Shown: positions 51,481-64,000 of the stretch, one piece after another
Layout of the letters: each line of letters begins with the position of its first letter
How positions within the stretch are numbered: the stretch's first letter is position 1
Assembly (NCBI GenBank): GCA_951406725.2
Contig: OX597817.1
Coordinates: 138,322,001 to 138,386,000 of the forward strand
Direction: 5' to 3'
Origin: Octopus vulgaris
Taxonomy: Eukaryota
Length of the DNA: 64,000 nucleotides
Program-made: the position numbers and the translations under genes
Notes under the pieces: model-generated
What the model was told of the DNA's origin: nothing
Databases searched by the model: none
Seen by the model: only the letters and a program-made list of their open reading frames with translations

Positions 51481-52085
51481 CAGCACGAACAACAGGGATG
51501 ACCAGTCCAGCCAATATTTGATCTAGTAGCAAAATTACAATTGGTCAGTGAAAGTTTGCCAGATTATTCGTATTTTTGATAATTTCACTTTCTGTCTTCA
51601 TGCGTCTGGTTATAGCGAAGGATTCTTTGTGCTTCAAAGTTTACTCATTCCATATGGAACCGTCTTCCCCTGTCATTTTCACTTTTTGCAATAACCTCCC
51701 AATCATTACTTTTTGAGGCGTTTTAATTAATCCCTAAATTTGTCATTAAGCTGTAGGAATGGTCTACCAACTTTACGTCGTGAATTTTTTTAGTTGTCCA
51801 TAAAAACTTGGTATGGAATTCTCTCTCTCTCTCTCGCCCCCACCCTACAATTTTATATACGTTTTACATTTTGGCACAATGCCAACAATTTCGGAGAAGA
51901 GTAAGTTCGACTGCATCCATCTCAGTGCTCAACTTTTGCTTATTTTATCGACCCCGAGAGGATGAAAAGCAAAATCGACCTCGGTGGAATTTGAACTTAG
52001 AATGTAAGGGACGAACGAAATGTCGCTAAGCATCTACTCGGCATTCGAATGATTCTTCCAGTTCATCACCTCATATGCAGTGTAT

Positions 52086-52133
<48 letters not shown>

Positions 52134-53289
52134 GTGTGTGTGCGCGTGTGTGTGAGTGAGTATGCTGAAGACTAAACTTTCTCTTTATAGATGTCCTGAA
52201 AATTCCACACAGCCTTGGCTTTGTTGTCTCATTCTATTTAACACACACACACACACACACACAAACATATATATACCCACATGCACATGGTGTTGAGGTG
52301 ACACCATTTCAAGCAAAGTGTGCTGTAAAATTCCTCTGTCACCAATTCCCTTTTGTTATCTGCAATCAGTTCTGCACACACTCACTTCTGATATTGTCTC
52401 TAAACCATATTTGAGGTTTGACTCTTGAGTTGAATGCCAGCAGTGTTCAGAATTACTGTTTAAACAGCTGCCCACAGGAATAAATCAGTGTGTGTATGCA
52501 TCGTAATCACTAGATATTTGCGACGTGTATGTGAATGAACACAAGTCTTTATTCGCTGTTGATGAGTGATGAAGAGCTTGAGACTAAGAGTTACATAATT
52601 TCATGCAAAAACATTGGAGCTTTATTTTACTGCTCACAACTTTTACAGGTTCAAATCTATTTGATTTATTTTTATTCCAGATTTATTCACATTTTAGAGC
52701 AAATTTAAGCTTTATCAAGTGTTATCCACCCAAATATTTCCCATTGCCCGGTGGGAATGTGATGATGTGACCTTCATCTGTCATTTTCTAATCTGTAAAG
52801 TAGCTATTAATGGGAGTAAAGAGTATATGCAGAAAATGGTAAATTCCTTGGAACAAGACACTTCTCTTCATAGAATCAAGTGTGGCTTCCTACAAGAAGC
52901 GCCACCTGTTGATGTAGGTTTCTGTTATGAAGCTGTTTCATTTTTTACCAATGCCAATGGTTGAGGAATTGACCATTATGGAAATATATGTAGGTGGTGG
53001 TGGCGGGAACTAGTACAATCGCGTTTTTGCTAATGCTGGAGCAATTCTAAAAGACCATTGTTAAACCAATACCTTTCGCTGGAACCACCAGACTCCTGAG
53101 ATATGATCTCTTCCTAATTTACTTAAAATTGGAAAGAACTTCAATATGGCTGAGAGGGGAACATTTATTTCGTCTTGCTCTTCAGTAAAATATTGATCAC
53201 CAGAATCCATTAATGCTACTTTGTTCATTCATATTTTAACGTTTCAGGGACGCCGATGTTTGAGAATGTTTGTCTGCCACCAATAATTG

Positions 53290-53701
53290 TGACGAGCTGG
53301 CAGAATCGTTAGCGCGCCGGGCGAAATGCGTTGCCGTATTTCGTCTGCCGTTACGTTCTGAGTTCAAATTCCGCCGAGGTCGACTTTGCCTTTCATCCTT
53401 TCGGGGTCAATTTAATAAGTACCAGTTACGCACTGTGGGTCGATATAATCGACTTAATCCGTTTGTCTGTCTTTGTTTGTCTTCTCTGTGTTTAGCCCCT
53501 TGTGGGTAGTAAAGAAATAGGTATTTCGTCTGTCTTTATGTTCTGAGTTCAAATTCTGCCGAGGTTGACTTTACCCTTTCATCCTTTCGGGGTCGATAAA
53601 TTAAGTACCAGTTACGCATTGGGGTCGATGTAATCGACTTAATTCGTTTGTCTGTCCTTGTTTGTCCCTTCTATATTTAGCCCCTTGTGGGTAATAAAGA
53701 A

Positions 53702-53702
<1 letters not shown>
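53290..53702 (+). mobile_element. SINE with internal tandem duplication
   Basis: GTTCTGAGTTCAAATTC...CTTTCATCCTTTCGGGGTC...AAGTACCAG body present twice. The same family occurs at 40264-40470 and elsewhere. Confidence 0.65.
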
Positions 53703-54428
<726 letters not shown>

Positions 54429-54854
54429 GAACACCACATCTTTAAATAAACTGTTGATTCTCGGTCAGGAAAGGCACAGTTCTTGGCCATTATAGATTTA
54501 TAGATTCAACATATTCCAAAGTGAAGGAAATTACTTTGCGCTCGTTATCTTGACAAAATATTTCCCTGGTGACCTTCCTTTGCCGTTACACTACAATAAC
54601 CTCACTGTGTTGTGTCAGTGACCGACAGTATCAATAAGTTAACCTTAGAGCCTCCTCCCTCTATCTCTATCTTTCACTCACCTCCCTCTCTCGCTGTCTC
54701 TCTATCTCTATCTCCCCCACCTCTCTGACTTTCTCATTGAGGAAATTTAAAACTTAGAGAAATATTTTATATTTGAATAATTCACCTTTTATGCAGGAAG
54801 AACAGCAGGGCAAACAAAGTGGCACACAATAATAGATAAGACACAACTAATTCC

Positions 54855-54893
<39 letters not shown>

Positions 54894-54954
54894 AATAATA
54901 ATAACAACAACAATAATGAGAAGAAGAAGAAGAAGAAGAAGAAGAAAAGAAAAA

Positions 54955-55380
54955 GAAGAACTGGAGCAGGAACAAACTTACAAATACCGTGGAATAAATG
55001 AGGGCTCTAGCATTCAGCATGCAAGTATGAAAGAGAAGATCAGGAAGGAGTGTTACAGGAGAGTTCGAGCAGTCCTGAAATCCGAGTTAAATGCACGCAA
55101 CAGGGTGTTAGCCATAAATTCCTAAGCAGTTCCTGTTGTTATTTACAGTTTCAATGTGTTGAACTGGAATATGAGCGAAATAAGAAAAATTGACAGGAAA
55201 ACCCGTAAGCTACTGACTTGCAATAAGATGCACCACCCAAAGGCAGCCGCAGATCGTCTTTATCTTCACAGGGCTCAAGGAGGTTAGGCTTGATCCAATT
55301 TGAAATCTCCTACAAAGACACCACAAATGGACTGGCAAAATATTTTGAAACATCTGACGACTGGAAGCTAAAGCTCGTTG
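54955..55380 (+). pseudogene. Degenerate fragment of an R4/Dong-type retrotransposon
   Basis: ELEQEQTYKY.GINEGS.IQHASMKEKIRKECYRRVRAVLKSELNA is near-identical to part of the 60626-62176 ORF. It follows (AAC)/(AAT)/(AGA) tracts. Confidence 0.85.
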
Positions 55381-55384
55381 GGCG

Positions 55385-56030
55385 TTGATTAAGGCGAAGA
55401 ATGAAGTAATGGACGACCTTGTACATCAACAATTTCTAAGATTGTAACGAGTAACACCTAATCCGATTATTCCGTTTGGAATGTCACCCGCAGATTCGAT
55501 GGTTTCTAGGAAGATCAGATCTGCCTTTGATAAGTTGATACCGAGTGAAAATTAACTGAAGCGAACAACAAAAATACTTCAAAATTCTTCAAGTTAAAGG
55601 GAAAATTTTTTTTTAAATCTATAGATATGGCAAAGAAAGCTGGGAGGATGGTATAGTTATTTAACAAATTGGGAGAATGTTATTCCTCGTAAAAGGGAAA
55701 AATATCGAACATAAAAGACATATTAACCAACTTAAAAAAAGATTCACAGCAAAAATAGTCACGAGAAATTTAAACCCCATTGAAGTATTGTATGACACGT
55801 TTGAGGTACCGACACCCAAACAATTCGAAAGTACACTTCCTAGCACCAGAAAACGGAAACACTGGAATTGAACCCTATGCGTAAGAGATATTAAAACTCC
55901 GAGCGGAGTTTAATTCTCAAAACGGGAGACTACTTCTGAAAAGGGGTGATGTTGTGGAAGGATTCCGACCATCCCCATGTGACTAAAAGTGGACATTGCT
56001 ATAAAATAAAGAACTGTGAGTAATTGGTAA
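55385..56030 (+). mobile_element. Ty3/gypsy integrase C-terminal remnant with possible polypurine tract and LTR start
   Basis: Degenerate TPN..SPA....RKIRS.FDKL.P, W..G.V..IG..LFLV and KRHINQLKKR. AAAAGGGGTGA|TG at ~55951. Confidence 0.55.
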
Positions 56031-56567
56031 GCAGTTCACTGTGAGCCGTTGATTGAGATCGTTGAGACTCGTGTAATAGCCGTGGCACTTCGAGGTTTCC
56101 AGTTGATCCGTGAAATTAACGTGTAAATGGACGTGCACTCCACAGACACGTGTACCCATAACGTAGTTCTCTGGGAGATTCGGCGTGATACGGAGTGTGA
56201 CAAGGCTGGCCTTTTGAAATATGGGTACAACAGAAACAGGAAGAAAGAGTGAGAGAAAGTTGTGGTGAAAGAGTACAGCAGGGTTCGCCACCCCTCGCTG
56301 GAGCCTCGCGGAGCTGTAGGTGTTTTCGCTCAGTAAACACTCGCGACGCCCGGTATGGCGATCGAAACTGCGATCTCACTACCGCGAGTCCGGTGCCCTA
56401 ACCACTGGGCCATTGAACCTCCACCGTGTAATAGTAATCGTATTGCGTCGTGTGAATTCTGTCTTTTGCCCTTGCTTCGTTAAATTATTTATCCAACACG
56501 AGGAGATAAAACTTTCAAATTAATATTCTAAAGGACTTTATAGTCTCCCTTTTCTTTAATACGCACG

Positions 56568-56696
<129 letters not shown>

Positions 56697-57206
56697 TAAA
56701 TATTACTTTTGTATTTTGTGTTTGTCAATAGAGAATCGATATTTTCGCAGGCCAGATCAATTGCGACATCAAACTGCCACATAAGATATTCTGACGTCGT
56801 CGCCGAAATCATTGGTAACAGCTGGTCGCTTCTTGCAGGGTGCCACGCACTTGACTACGTTTTACAGCAACAAACCAGTGTATGCCGAAGAGGGAATGTG
56901 TCTAGACATGGTCGCTCGATCTGCTAGAATCTGTAGCTAAAACCTTCCTCAAACTATACCTTACCTTCATAAAAAAAGAGTGGAACATGTTGGATACTGT
57001 ACTCCTAGATACACTATGTAAGAAAAGAAGTAGAATAATCACAACTGATTATCCTTTTATTTATACTCCTTGGCTTAAATAAAAGGAATGCGTTTGTATG
57101 GGCGAATTTTCCAGCCAATACAAATCGTCGCATTTCCCTCATCAGAGGTACAAATAAATCGATTAAAATATCTCCTACTTACAGAACTTGAGGCCATATC
57201 GAGTAA

Positions 57207-57708
57207 TCTATATATATAAAACTGTAGTTGTGTGAGTGTCTGTCCCCTTCGATTTAGATTCCTAACTACTCCCACATTTTGCGGTACAGTTTAACCAAAT
57301 TCGGGTATCTTATAGTCGTGATTCATATCGAGCCCGTCTGGGTATAGCGCGCGTCTACGATTTTAAAAATAATTTAACATCATTTTTTATTCCATTTTAA
57401 TGCATATTTTTTCGTGTGTCGATGGCGGCGGAGTTGGCGTCCATGGTCACACCTGCACCTGTGTTGCTTCTCCCCCTTCTTCCCTCCCTCGTGAAGCTGT
57501 GGGGAAGGGAGTGTAAGGAAATCAACGTCGTAAAGCGTTGTCAAGGAGACCAGCGTTCTTTTAGAACAACGACTTCATGGCTTGAAGACACCAAAACAGA
57601 AATGGCTAAGAAAGCCCGAATTGGCATCTATAAGGAAAGTAACTCTCTAAAAATGCTTATATAGTTATTTCCCTTACAAACCCGAGCAACGCCGGGCGAT
57701 ACTGCTAG
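57207..57708 (+). mobile_element. Non-autonomous Helitron
   Basis: A|TCTATATATATAAA 5' end and CCCGAGCAACGCCGGGCGATACTGCTAG|T 3' end. Confidence 0.75.
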
Positions 57709-58351
57709 TGTTATATATATTTTTTAATGTTATAGCAGGAAGTTAATAGGTTCGAATGCGACGCTAAGCCCGTGAATCACTAAGATGCCAGTGTATAAAG
57801 AATTTTATGCTTAAACTTTAAGTTGATCAAATCTAACCAAAGTGAAAAATTTTTTTTATTATTTTATTAAGGTAAGTCGATGTTCACAAGATCAGATTCT
57901 AACCTATTTACTTTTCAAAAAACTTAAACGTAGTTAAATACTTATTGCTAGATACAATTATAATGTCCGAGATTTTATTAATTAAAATTTTCTTTTCTGT
58001 AAACGAAGTATACTGATTGCTTCCTTTGTACATAACTTACACCTTCCAGTATACGTTTTATATGGGGTGGTGAACGTAGCGGCAGACGAAATACCGCTAA
58101 GCATTTTGTCTGGTGTTTAACGTTTCTGCCTGCTCACCGCCATTCTTCCTTAATCCATCACAATTGTTCTTTACTTTTTTCTCTAAAGCTTTCGGAGAAA
58201 TATTCACATCGGATGGGACAGATGATCTCTACAATGCATGGCATTTGTTTCCTGCCCGATAAAACTATATCAAGTCTGTTGTGATTGCACCCGGTAACAG
58301 CTTTTGTTACATTTCTGCTGCTTTTAAATAAAGTATATATATATATATATA

Positions 58352-59181
58352 TACGAGGGGGTACCCCGAGGAAACCGGAATTTTGCAATATTATCTAATC
58401 CTCTTAGATTTACATGTTTACACTTTTATCGCTTTCAAAGTATTCTCCATTTCACGCACTCCATTGGTCCAGGCACGTTTACCACAGTTGGAAGCAGTGT
58501 TGGAACTCTTGTAAAGTGATGCCTCTTAACGCCTCTATCGGTTTTTTTTTCTTACCTCTTCCACATCTGCAAATTCCGTAGCACCAGCTTCCGTCACCAG
58601 TGATGATCTTCCAGAAACGTCCGGATCAGCTTCCAACTGTTCCTTTAGTCCACGACACGCATTCAGCCATGACCACTTTTGATCTTCCGTGTGCGAGCAA
58701 GGCACACATTTTGCTGCAACTTTTTCCATTCGCAATTCCTCACTCAAAATTCGTTGACAAAAGCACAAGGGCACATCGCTCATCTCAACAAGTTCGTCAG
58801 CTATTTGGTGAACTTTTATGACGTTTTCTTTCGTCCGAAAGGTCGATGGCCATCCTGAACGAGGTTAGTCTTCAAGTGATAAGTGACCATTCCTAAAGCT
58901 TGGAAACCCATCATAAACTCGTGTTTTGCTCATGGCAGCGTCCTTGTAAGCTGTTTAAAGCATCACAATTTTTTCGGCTGCTGTTCCTTCGTTTCAGCCA
59001 TCGCAAAAATCGACAAACAGGGGAGAAGCACTGCAAAGCAAAGAGGCACCATGTGGCAGTACGACCCCAGTGGATGACGCCGGTCGGCAGACTGATGCCT
59101 GAGGGTCGCATCAAGTGGTTTCTAACGGCCTGAGCTACAAGCGGCTCGTCCCACAGAGAACGTTTCCGGTTACTTTTGGGT

Positions 59182-59186
<5 letters not shown>
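58352..59186 (-). mobile_element. Degenerate mariner element
   Basis: Imperfect TIRs GAGGGGGTACCCCGAGGAAACCGGAA and TTCCGGTTACTTTTGGGTACCTC. QRILSEELRMEKVAAKCVP resembles the WVPHEL region. Confidence 0.7.
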
Positions 59187-59222
<36 letters not shown>

Positions 59223-59296
59223 ATAGAGACATTCACATACATATACGTATATTTTTACATACATACACATGCGTCTGGGTGTGTATATATACATAC

Positions 59297-59353
<57 letters not shown>

Positions 59354-59357
<4 letters not shown>

Positions 59358-59550
59358 AGGTATACTTGCCATCTCAATATAGCTAACCACTAAGGGTGGG
59401 TGTTACTGTAGCTTGTAGCCCTAGGAGAACATCGTCTCCAGCTGGCTTTAGGCACACTTTGTGTGCCCTTATGGTATTTGCAAAGGGAGGTCATCCCTCC
59501 CTCGTCAACCTAAGTGGTTAGCCATATTGAGATGGCAAGTATACCTCACA
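59354..59550. repeat. Fold-back with ~40-bp arms
   Basis: TGTGAGGTATACTTGCCATCTCAATAT.GCTAACCACT is mirrored by AGTGGTTAGCCATATTGAGATGGCAAGTATACCTCACA. Confidence 0.8.
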
Positions 59551-59596
59551 TTATCGTGCAGTTACTGTTTATACCTCGTTCAGAGGTTTATTATTG

Positions 59597-59643
<47 letters not shown>

Positions 59644-59671
59644 AACACATGATATATATATATATTGCCAA

Positions 59672-59874
59672 TATGATCATTATCAGAATAAATTCATTAA
59701 ACGGAATTCAATAAATGTCATCAATTAAAATGAAATGAAGCAGCTTTTCTTGTTAACGATGGATTATTCATAAATGAATAATCCATCATTAACAACAAAA
59801 TCTGCTTCATATAATTTTTTTTTATTACATTTATTGAACTCCGTTTAATGAAATTAATTCTGAAAATGATCATT
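59672..59874. repeat. ~200-bp imperfect palindrome
   Basis: Centred on GATGGATTATTCAT-AA-ATGAATAATCCATC, with arms extending to ATGATCAT at both ends. Confidence 0.75.
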
Positions 59875-60163
59875 TACTTACGTGTATTCATAGGGATTTG
59901 ATAAGAAATTCATAAATACCGTATGATAAAAAGACATCGGAAACCGAAGGAATAATTTCCTTAGCGGACGAAGTAAATTTTCATCCGGATAAATATAATA
60001 TATATATATATATTGTATAAAGGATCGTGGGTAAGGCCAAAACAATGCGAAATAAATGCAAGGTAAATCACAAGAAAACAAATTTATGAATTAACATAGA
60101 CTTACCTTGTATTCAATATTTCGGGGTTATGGCCCCTTTTCAAGAAACTGACGAATGTTGCCG

Positions 60164-60197
<34 letters not shown>

Positions 60198-60276
60198 TTG
60201 CAAAGAGAATGGAGTGAGTGATTAGTTTTAATACATAAATTTACAATTGATTCATCGCTATTTTATCAGAAGAGTA

Positions 60277-60447
<171 letters not shown>

Positions 60448-62272
60448 CTTTTTTCTTTTCTTCTTTCAAATTTGCTTCCATTTCTTGCCGTGTGTCTTCC
60501 CGACTCCTAGGGCAAAGAAACTCATAGCATACATTGGTAGGCCATTAAACCAAACTCAGTAGTTCGTTCATTTTTTAAATTTTTTTTTTTAAAGTTAAAT
60601 TAAAATACATGAGCAGCAACAGTTCTCACATCGACAATGCTCTTCTCAATACGTGTGATGTACCAGTTAAGACAATCTTTTGCACTTCTTGCAGGGATGG
60701 TAAGCCAGGGATCATTCTCATATAATTTTCGGTTCCCTTCTTGATCATTCCTAGTGCTCCTACGATCACTGGTATTGTAACCGCCTTGAGATGCCACATT
60801 TTCTCAATTTCAATGAGTAGGTCTTTATATTTTCTGAGCTTGTCAAACTCTTTCGCTGAGATATTATGATCACAGGGAATGCTCATGTCGATCAATAAGC
60901 AAACTTTATTGTTTTGGTCTTTCACAACAATATCTGGTTTATTGGCCTTGATGGTTCGGTCTGTATGTACTGGAAAGTCCCACAGAATGGTTACATTTTC
61001 TCCTTCAGTTACAGCCTCAGGGTGGTGATTATACCACTTGTCGGCAGTTTTGATATTGTAATGCCGACTTATTAGCCAGTGGATATATTGGCCAACTCTG
61101 TCATGTCTTAATTTATACTTCACTGGTGCTAAGACTTTACATCCAGAGATTAGGTGGTCCACTGTTTCAATCATGTTTTTGCAGAATCGGCATTTTGGGT
61201 CTGCTCCATTTTTCATCACATTGGCCTGGTAGTTCCGGGTTAATAGGCTTTGATCTTGAGCAGCCAGGATGAAACCTTCGCTCTCTGCTTTTAGCCCTGA
61301 GCTCCGTAGCCACTGATGGGTTTGCTTCTGGTCAACATCAGCTTGTTTGCTGCGGGTCACATATTTGCCGTGCAGAGGTTTCTCCTCCCACCTATCAGCC
61401 AATTGCTCGTGCGCTTTCTTCCTTGCCATCATTTTCACCTTCTTTGCAACAATAGTTGCCGTACTTCCCTCGAGTTGTTCAGTTTGGGTATCCTGCATGA
61501 GATCAATAGCAATCTTTTTGCTTTCCTTTATGATAGAATGAAGCTTCTTTCGTCTCTCGTGATTTTCCACGAGCTTTAGTATCCAGTCATTCGATATTTC
61601 GAGATATTTGGCCAGTCCAATTGTGGTTGTTTTGTAAGCTAGTTCAAATTGGATCAGGCCTCGACCTCCTTGGGCTCTGGGAAGGTAAAGGCGATCTACG
61701 TCTGCCTTTGGGTGGTGCATCCTATTACAACTCAGCAGCTTGCGTATTTTTCTATCTATATTCTTTACTTCACTCATATTCCAGTTCAACACATTGTAGC
61801 TATAAGTAACAACTGGAACTGCTAAGGAATTTATAGCTAACACCTTGTTACATGCATTTAGTTCAGATTTCAGGACTGCACGAACTCTCCTATAACATTC
61901 CTTCCTGATTTTCTCTTTCATGCTTGCATGCTGAATACCAGAGCCTTCATTTATCCCTAAATATTTGTATGTTTGTTCTTGCTCAAGCTCTCTTATGACT
62001 GTGTCAACATCTAACACGACTGAATTTGTGGTCTTCACTTTCCCTTTCTGGAAAGTGGCCTTGGCACACTTCTCAAGTCCAAACTCCATCCCGATGTCAT
62101 CGCTGAATGCTTTCACAGTGCGCAATAGGCATTCAAGTTCATTATTGTCTTTACCATAAAGTTTTAAGTCATCCATATAAAATAGATGGTTTATTTTTTT
62201 ATTGGCAATTTTATACCCATACCCTGTTCTGTTTAATTCACTTGTAAGGGGTATTAGGGCTATGCAGAATAT
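60448..62272 (-). mobile_element. 5'-truncated R4/Dong-clade non-LTR retrotransposon (RT plus restriction-like endonuclease)
   Basis: Flanked on both sides by (TTA)n-rich tracts. The ORF is uninterrupted from RT domain 5 to the stop. Confidence 0.88.
60626..62176 (-). CDS. Partial R4/Dong ORF: RT C-half, CCHC knuckle and RLE endonuclease
   Basis: YMDD, YKYLG, GGRGL, CRFC..ETVDHLISGC, RHD and KPD..IDMSIP motifs. Confidence 0.88.
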   Translation of the reverse strand: MDDLKLYGKDNNELECLLRTVKAFSDDIGMEFGLEKCAKATFQKGKVKTTNSVVLDVDTVIRELEQEQTYKYLGINEGSGIQHASMKEKIRKECYRRVRAVLKSELNACNKVLAINSLAVPVVTYSYNVLNWNMSEVKNIDRKIRKLLSCNRMHHPKADVDRLYLPRAQGGRGLIQFELAYKTTTIGLAKYLEISNDWILKLVENHERRKKLHSIIKESKKIAIDLMQDTQTEQLEGSTATIVAKKVKMMARKKAHEQLADRWEEKPLHGKYVTRSKQADVDQKQTHQWLRSSGLKAESEGFILAAQDQSLLTRNYQANVMKNGADPKCRFCKNMIETVDHLISGCKVLAPVKYKLRHDRVGQYIHWLISRHYNIKTADKWYNHHPEAVTEGENVTILWDFPVHTDRTIKANKPDIVVKDQNNKVCLLIDMSIPCDHNISAKEFDKLRKYKDLLIEIEKMWHLKAVTIPVIVGALGMIKKGTENYMRMIPGLPSLQEVQKIVLTGTSHVLRRALSM

Positions 62273-62289
62273 TTTTATTATTTTTTAAA

Positions 62290-62450
<161 letters not shown>

Positions 62451-62453
62451 TAC

Positions 62454-62535
<82 letters not shown>

Positions 62536-62538
<3 letters not shown>

Positions 62539-63070
62539 TAGTTTTATTTTTATAGCGTGCTTTCACTTCACTGCCGAGTGCAGCTCTGTGTGCCTTGGGT
62601 ATGTGCTGTGATTTGTTGTGATGCTCTGATGGTTATTGTATGGAAAGTGTTCTGCGTAGGATGTGTACAGTGCCTAGTAGTGCAATTTTCTGTATGTTAT
62701 ATGTGTTTGTAAGTCCTGGTGTTTTTGTTATGTATTTGTCTGAATATTTTTTTATCATGCCTAATGCACCTACTATGATAGGAATTGTTTCTGTTTTTAG
62801 ATTCCACATTCTGGTTACCTCTATTTCCAGGTCTTTGTATTTTGAGAGTTTCTCCATTTCTTTTAGAGACACGTTGTCATCTGCCGGTATTAATACATCA
62901 ATTAGAAAGCATTTTTGTTCTTCATGATCTCTGATAACTATATCTGGTCTGTTAGCCTTAATTTCTCTATCTGTGTGTAAGGCATATCCCAGAGTATGGT
63001 TGCTTTCTCGTTTTCTGTGACCTTTTCTGGTGTGTGCCTATACCATCTTTTTTCTGTGTTGGCATAGCTT
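62536..63070 (-). mobile_element. 3' fragment of a second R4/Dong family
   Basis: TILWDMP...NRPDIV...KLSKYKDLEIEVTRMWNLKTETIPIIVGALG, bounded by (TTA)n tracts. Confidence 0.85.
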
Positions 63071-63123
63071 CCAGTGTATGTTTTTATTATTATTTTAATT
63101 ATGTTTTATTATGTTTATGTATG

Positions 63124-63221
<98 letters not shown>

Positions 63222-63222
<1 letters not shown>

Positions 63223-63692
63223 GTTTGGGATTTTGCTTTAATTTGTAAAAGTTGACTCCAAGCCTCACCCAGAAACCTCAAGAGATAACAAGTTCAAGTT
63301 GGTATTATGTCTAGGGGACCATATTTTTGGTTTTGCACAGAGTATTGTTTTAGAGAATGTCTGTGAAAATGTAAGAAAATTAGAAGTTTGTTTTAAAAGT
63401 AATTTGATTATAAGATGATTGTGTGATGTTAAGATGACAGTAAAAGGTCTTTATTATTATGTATATTTAAAAGTACTTTTGACAATATTTACAGATTAAA
63501 ATGTTTTGGGGATTATGAGCAGTTCCCATGAGCACTATTTTTTAAATTTCTACCATTTTTGGATTTCCTGATATCTGAGGTAGGTAGCAATCAGACCCTT
63601 TTGCTATCATTCCTAGGGCACTTATAATAACAGGTATCGTTTTAGTCTTGAGGTTCCACATTTTGTCAATTTCCCTTTCAAGATCTTCATAG
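63222..63692 (-). mobile_element. Degenerate 3' fragment of a third R4/Dong-like copy
   Basis: YEDLEREIDKMWNLKTKTIPVIISALGMIAK can be read on the minus strand, followed by a UTR and (TAA)n. Confidence 0.7.
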
Positions 63693-64000
63693 GTAGTGGG
63701 TAGCGACTTTCTTCACTACTTCAAGGAGTGACGACCCTGCCTGACACGAGTCCCGGGCTCAACTGGCTCCAGCTGACAGTACCCGGTATGGGCCCCTATC
63801 CAGGGTTACGGAAAGGAGACAACCTTCAAAGAAATCCGGAGTGGTGCCCCGTAGGCGGTTTAGTGTTCGACTCGATACACTCCCGGCAGCTCCTGCAACC
63901 AAGCTGGTGCCAAATGCAATGCTCTACACTCCTTTGGATCATGTCAGCAAGGTCAAGAGAGGAATCCTGACGATTGGGCTACCCAGGATTTTCTTACATC

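Noticed and set aside
57085-57150. CTGATGA followed by a long stem on the minus strand (hammerhead-like)
   Set aside because: The GAAA half of the catalytic core is missing.

Overview
AT-rich, repeat-dense animal genomic DNA with spliceosomal introns. The SINE, RTE and microsatellite content suggests an octopus or other coleoid cephalopod (inference). The window holds a ribosomal protein L29 gene on the + strand: coding exons 32930-32966, 45245-45309 and 46069-46248, plus a probable non-coding 5'-TOP first exon at about 12321-12353. The main finding is in the 12.3-kb intron after the first coding exon. It carries 15 near-identical ~139-nt box H/ACA snoRNA genes whose guide pockets match the 28S rRNA peptidyl-transferase-centre uridines modified by yeast snR34 and human SNORA65 (U65). 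The ~20-kb upstream intron holds two copies of a box C/D snoRNA and a three-exon moody/Tre1/GPR84-like GPCR gene nested on the opposite strand. The rest is mobile DNA: a 5'-truncated RTE LINE inside a hAT MITE, R4/Dong-type retrotransposons in (TAA)n tracts, mariner remnants, non-autonomous Helitrons, piggyBac-like and Merlin-like MITEs, SINEs, fold-back palindromes and a minimal hammerhead ribozyme motif. Alignments and foldings were done by eye, and rRNA target sequences are recalled from yeast and human, not from this organism.
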